Of a stretch of 64,000 nt of DNA, positions 59,341 through 64,000 are shown in pieces. The stretch's first letter is position 1, and the number at the start of each line of letters is the position of its first letter. The DNA comes from Lama guanicoe (Eukaryota). The translations under genes were made by a program, and so were the position numbers. The DNA is taken from the NCBI GenBank assembly GCA_013239625.1, contig MU053216.1, forward strand, positions 2,198,943 through 2,262,942. Direction: 5' to 3'. The notes under the pieces were generated by a model that searched no databases, was not told the DNA's origin, and worked only from the letters and a program-made list of their open reading frames with translations.

Positions 59341-60364
59341 GAGGGGTTTCCTCTGTCCCACGTCGCCTCCTGCTTTCAGGAGTAAACAGTGAATTGTCTT
59401 AAGAGTTGTGTAAGTAATGTAGTTTATAACGTAACTATCATCAGTATGCATAGGTTTTTGTCTGCTTTCTGCCGCTCACCCAATAGAGCACAGTCTAAAG
59501 ACAAGGAGATCATAAAGTAGACGAGGAGACGCTTCTTAGTGAGCTGTAAGGAGCACATCATACACTGTGATTTGATAGTTTTCCAGGCTTGTGTTTTCTT
59601 TCGGATAAAAACATGCAGAGATGCAAACATTTGGCTTCTGATGACTGTATAAGAGATAGTCCTGGCTTTTCACCCTCTTCCAAGCCAGCACTTAAACGAA
59701 GACAGCAAATCTGGTTGGAAAGTCATCATTAAGTTATCCCCCAAAGAATCGTAATTGCAGCAACTGGTCTACCTGCCCACTGGAAGCGGCTTCCCACGGG
59801 AGTGGTGTGTTTATTCCACAAAACGGAATGCGATCCAAACAGGAAGTGCAGGGCTGAGCTTTGCTGTGTGACTGGACCCCAGGAGACGTGAACAGCAGGC
59901 GCCCCACCTGTGGCCCTCTCAGTAATGAGTGTGAACACGTGAAGTCGCAGCTCCCAGCTTCTCTCTCTCCGTGTCAGTAGGACAGTTAACAAGGTCTGAT
60001 CTGGAGGAGGTATACAGGGCCTTTGCTCTAAGCTGTAAATACTAGACACCGGGTTTGCTAGACTGAGGTGTACTTGGCGGCTTCAAAAGCTAACCCACAT
60101 CGTCTCCGGTCTCTGAAGTAAGCCTAGCCAGCTTACCAAACCCGGCTGCGTAAGGTTCGTCTGTCAGGGCAGTCCGTGCAGAAACCCCAGGCCAGCAGTT
60201 CTTAGCAACGCAATTCCTCTGTGCTGCAGAATGCATGCAAGTCCTTCCATCAGCGGCAAGATTTAGCAGAAAAGAAGCATTAGATACAGACCTGCAGTCC
60301 TTTACCTGCGATTCCAAACTCAAAACAACTCTGAAAGCAGAGTTGAAACAAATTGACATAGAAT

Positions 60365-61197
60365 TTTTATAAAATAGCAGATCCTAAGTGTTCAGTTAGG
60401 GTACACCTGTGTGACTTCCCACAGTTCCAAAGCAGGATGCAAACCGTTCCCAGCACCCCATGGTTTCCGTATTGTGCAGGCGGGTCCCTCTCCCAGCCGC
60501 CGTCTTCTGGTCCCCTCAGCCCCAGTCAGGGTTGCCTGTTGGCAGACCTCACCACGCGGTGTGCTGCCCTTGTGGCTGAGCTCTCACGCAGGAGAAGAGC
60601 AGTGCGCCCCTTTCTCCCGAGTCGCGGGCCACTCTAACTGCAGCAGACCGTCTAGCCTCGGTGAGCATTCGGGTTGCTTCCCGTAGTTGGCGGTTGTGAA
60701 TAATGCGGAGGGGGCCGTCCTTGTACAAGTCTCTCTTTGTGGACATTTACTTTTGTTTTTCTTGGGTCAGTACCTGGGAGCTGAGTTGCTGGGTCATGTA
60801 ATCTTTTTTAACTTAGTAAGAAAGTGCAGAGTCGTTCTCTGAAGTAGTGCCACCGTTTTCCCCTCCCACGAGCAACGTGGGAGATGCTGGTCGCTCTGCG
60901 TCTCCAGCGCTAGGCTGGCCAGGTCTTCGGGACTTTGGGGACTGTACTGGATGTGAAATGGTGTCACACTGGATGTTTAGTTTATATTTCCTGACGATGA
61001 ATGTTGAGCACTTTTCTAGGTGCTTACTGGCCATTTGTGTATTCTGTTTATGAAGTGGTGTATAACTTTTCTGCCTGTTTTTTATAGAATTTTTCAATTG
61101 TTGATTTGTTAGAGTTCTTTATATATATTTTGGATATAAGCTCTCTACCAGATGCATGTATTGCAAATACTGTTTTCCCATAGTCTGCGGCTTGCCT
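60365..61197 (-). mobile_element. Old L1 (L1MB-like) 3' fragment
   Basis: Minus ORF 60813-61097 NTQMASKHLEKCST is ORF2-like; tgttgagcacttttctaggtgcttactggccatttgtgtatt. Confidence 0.8.
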
Positions 61198-62581
61198 ATT
61201 AATTAAAAACTTCAACATTTAAAAATGAATCTGAATGAATTCACTTAGTAGTAAGTCCTGATCTGAAATAACGTGGAAATTTAGGCATTACTTACGCCAC
61301 TTAGAGTCAATAGTCATATGCGTCCTTGTGAAGATGTTAATGTGTTTAATTATAAGATACCCACTGGAGGTTTTAAATCACATGTGGTATAAATGTTTTA
61401 CTTTCCTACAATCAGGAATATTTTAAATTACTAGGCATTTGGTCCTAAGAGGGACTGGGGACACTGTGGTTTCAGCAGGTGTTGGGCAGAGGTGATGTCA
61501 CTGGACTGCTTAGTGGGACATTTGTGGCAGAAGTATTGGTGCCTTATATTCATGTGTTTCATTTAGTTATTATAGTGAAGTATTTTTATGAACAGTATGT
61601 ATTTTCGATTATAAACTCTTGGAAGTCATCAACCATGTTTGTTTCCTGTATTTTTCAATGCACATCAAGGCGAGAATTGCAGCGAGTTAAATTTCATTAT
61701 AGAAATAAATCAAATTTATTATAGTGATAAGTAGTCTGATAAATAAAATAGATGTTTCTTTGTGAATTATTCAGAGTTGATTATAGGAGCTTTCATCTCT
61801 GACTTGATAATTCTTTACGCATTTTCTTCCTTTGGTTCGTTTTGCCTTAGACATCTACTTGTCAAAAGAACAGTTTAAACCAAATTTTCAGCCGTAATAA
61901 CTGTTGAACGAACTTGACTTACTTTTAGTTCTAGATGAGTAGCATGTGAATGTTGATGAGGTGGAAAGCCAAGCAAAGCCAAGGGCAACAGTTTGCAAAA
62001 TGTGTTCCTGGCTTCTTAGTTAGGTGAGCAGTTGAGATACGGGACTGAACAAGGCTGAGAGCTCCGAGCCCCGTTATGCTGACACATGCAAATAATGCTG
62101 GTTAAGTTGGCTGCTGAATACTGCTCCAGTAGACTAGTTATGAAAATAATTTGGGGTTTTTTCCTTTGCAGTTTTAACGTCAACTGTTTCTCAGTCAACA
62201 GGGCCTTTATTTTGTTGGCATGCCTTTTCTTTAATGGAAAACTTTATGTATTCGACATACCTTGTTGAGTTTTGACCATTTCTTTGGGCTGCTTTTGAAA
62301 AATTTAATTAAATATATCAACTCTACATCATAATATCCATTTCATGAACTGCAAAATAGTAACTCCCTGATAGCTAGAAAATGTATTGCTTTTTTTTTTT
62401 GCATTTCACAATAATTACTGAACAATGTTAAAGAATCTTTGAAAAATTTGTAGGAAGAATTGAATAGGTAGTTGAAACATAGTTTAAATTCTTCAAGGTA
62501 TTTGTGCTTCATAAACCACATCAGATGTTTACAGGAAGGTGGTTTGTTCTCTTCAACTTCAACTTAAAATTAAATAAGGCA

Positions 62582-63712
62582 TTTTTAAATTGAAGTATAG
62601 TTGATTTATAATGTATTAGTTGCTGGTGTGCAGCAAAGTGATTCAGTTATAATTCAGACTCCTTTCCATTATAGGTGACTACAAGATATTGAATACAGTT
62701 CCCTGTGCTGTACAGCAGGTCCTTGGTGTTCATCTATTTTATATACAGTGATGTGTATCTGTTAATCCCAAACTCCTAATTTATCCCTACCTCCCAATTT
62801 CCCCTTTGGTTACCATAAGTGTTTTCTATGTCTGTGAGTCTATTTCTGTTTTGTAAATCAGTTCATTTGTATCATTTTTTTAGATTCCATCTAAAATATT
62901 ATCTAAATATTTGTCTTATCTGATTTCTTTACTTGTTATTACAATCTCCAGGTCCTTCCATGTTGCTGCAAATGGCGTTATTTCATTCTTTTTATGCTGA
63001 GTACTGTTCCATTGTGTGTGTGTGTGTGTGTATATATATACACCACGTATTGTTTATCCATTCATGCGTCGGTGGACATTTAGGTTGCTTCCACGTCTTG
63101 GCTGTTGTAAATAGTGCTGCTGTGAACACTGGGGTGCATGTGTCTTTTTGAATCAGAGTTTTTGTCTTTTCTGGATGTATACTCAGGAGTGGGACTGCTG
63201 GATCACATGGTAAGTCTAGTTTTAATTTATTGAGGAACCTCCACACTATTTTCCACAGTGGCTGCACCAGTTTACATTCCCACCAACAGTGCAGGAGGGT
63301 TCCCTTTTCTCCACACGCTCTCCAGAATTTATTATTTGTAGACTTTTTGATGATGGCCATTCTGACCAGTGTGAGGTGATACCTCATTGTAGCTTTGAGT
63401 TGCACTTCTCTGATAATTAGCGATGCTGAGTATCTTTTCACATGTCTGTTGGCCATCTGGATGTCTTCTTTGGAGAAATATCCATTTAGATCTTTTGCTC
63501 ATTTTTTAATTGGGTTGTTTATTTTTTCATATTAAGCTATGTGCGCTGTTTGTATATCTTGGAAATTAATTCCTTGTCAGTTGCATCATTTGCAAATATT
63601 TTCTCCCATTCTCTAGGTTGTCTTTTCATTTTGTTTATGGTTTCCTTTGCTGTGCAAAAGCTTTTAAGTTTAATTAAGTCCCATTTGTTTTACTTTTATT
63701 TCCATAACTCTA
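62582..63712 (-). mobile_element. 5'-truncated L1
   Basis: Minus ORF 62992-63456 [39 protein letters not shown] is the L1 ORF2p C-terminus; 3' UTR from 62582. Confidence 0.95.
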
Positions 63713-63956
63713 GTTTGGGATTAACAGATACACATCACTATATATAAAACAGATAAATAACAAAGACCTACTGTAGAGCACAGGGAACTAACTGTATTCA
63801 GTATCTTGTAATAACCTGTAATTTCAGTTCTTATTTCAACCTACGGATATATATATATATATGTGTGTGAATGTATATATAGAACTGAATCATTTTTCTG
63901 TATACATGAAACTAATACAACATTATAAATCAACTATACTTCAATTAAAAAAAAAA
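63713..63956 (+). mobile_element. Short L1 3' end fused head-to-head with the preceding L1
   Basis: gtttgggattaacagatacac...agcacagggaac...aaatcaactatacttcaattaaaaaaaaa. Confidence 0.92.
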
Positions 63957-64000
63957 CCCTTCTCATCTGCCCAGGATAATGGTATTTAATCTTCTTTTGA

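Noticed and set aside
1..64000. CRISPR arrays, operons, rRNA or other prokaryotic/viral systems
   Set aside because: No regularly spaced repeat-spacer structure or dense coding region; content is typical mammalian repeat-rich DNA

Overview
Mammalian non-coding genomic DNA, very probably camelid: there is a tRNA-derived Vic-1-type SINE at about 33.0-33.3 kb and cetartiodactyl-type L1 3' ends. I cannot support any cellular protein-coding exon, RNA gene or gene symbol. The longer ORFs are L1/ERVL remnants, GC-rich chance ORFs or microsatellite artefacts. Much of the window is interspersed repeat (L1 of several ages, L2, MIR, MLT1, an LTR16/ERVL provirus remnant). The long L1s are almost all on the minus strand, which suggests (inference) a large intron of a plus-strand gene. 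Main observations: (1) sharp CpG/GC peaks lie on top of recognisable old transposon sequence, best seen in an ancient L1 ORF1/5'UTR that now reads as a 1.2-kb CpG island, consistent with GC-biased gene conversion or protection from methylation. (2) An orphan CpG island with minus-strand splice signals could mark an antisense non-coding transcript. (3) Several retrotransposition/repair scars are readable: a twin-primed L1, an internally deleted L1, a snap-back plus TTAGGG filler, and a SINE with a possible 3' transduction. (4) A 2.3-kb tandem duplication around an N gap is probably an assembly artefact. Repeat family names come from recalled consensus sequences, boundaries are approximate, and both need RepeatMasker/Dfam confirmation. 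I found no evidence of a new multi-gene system.
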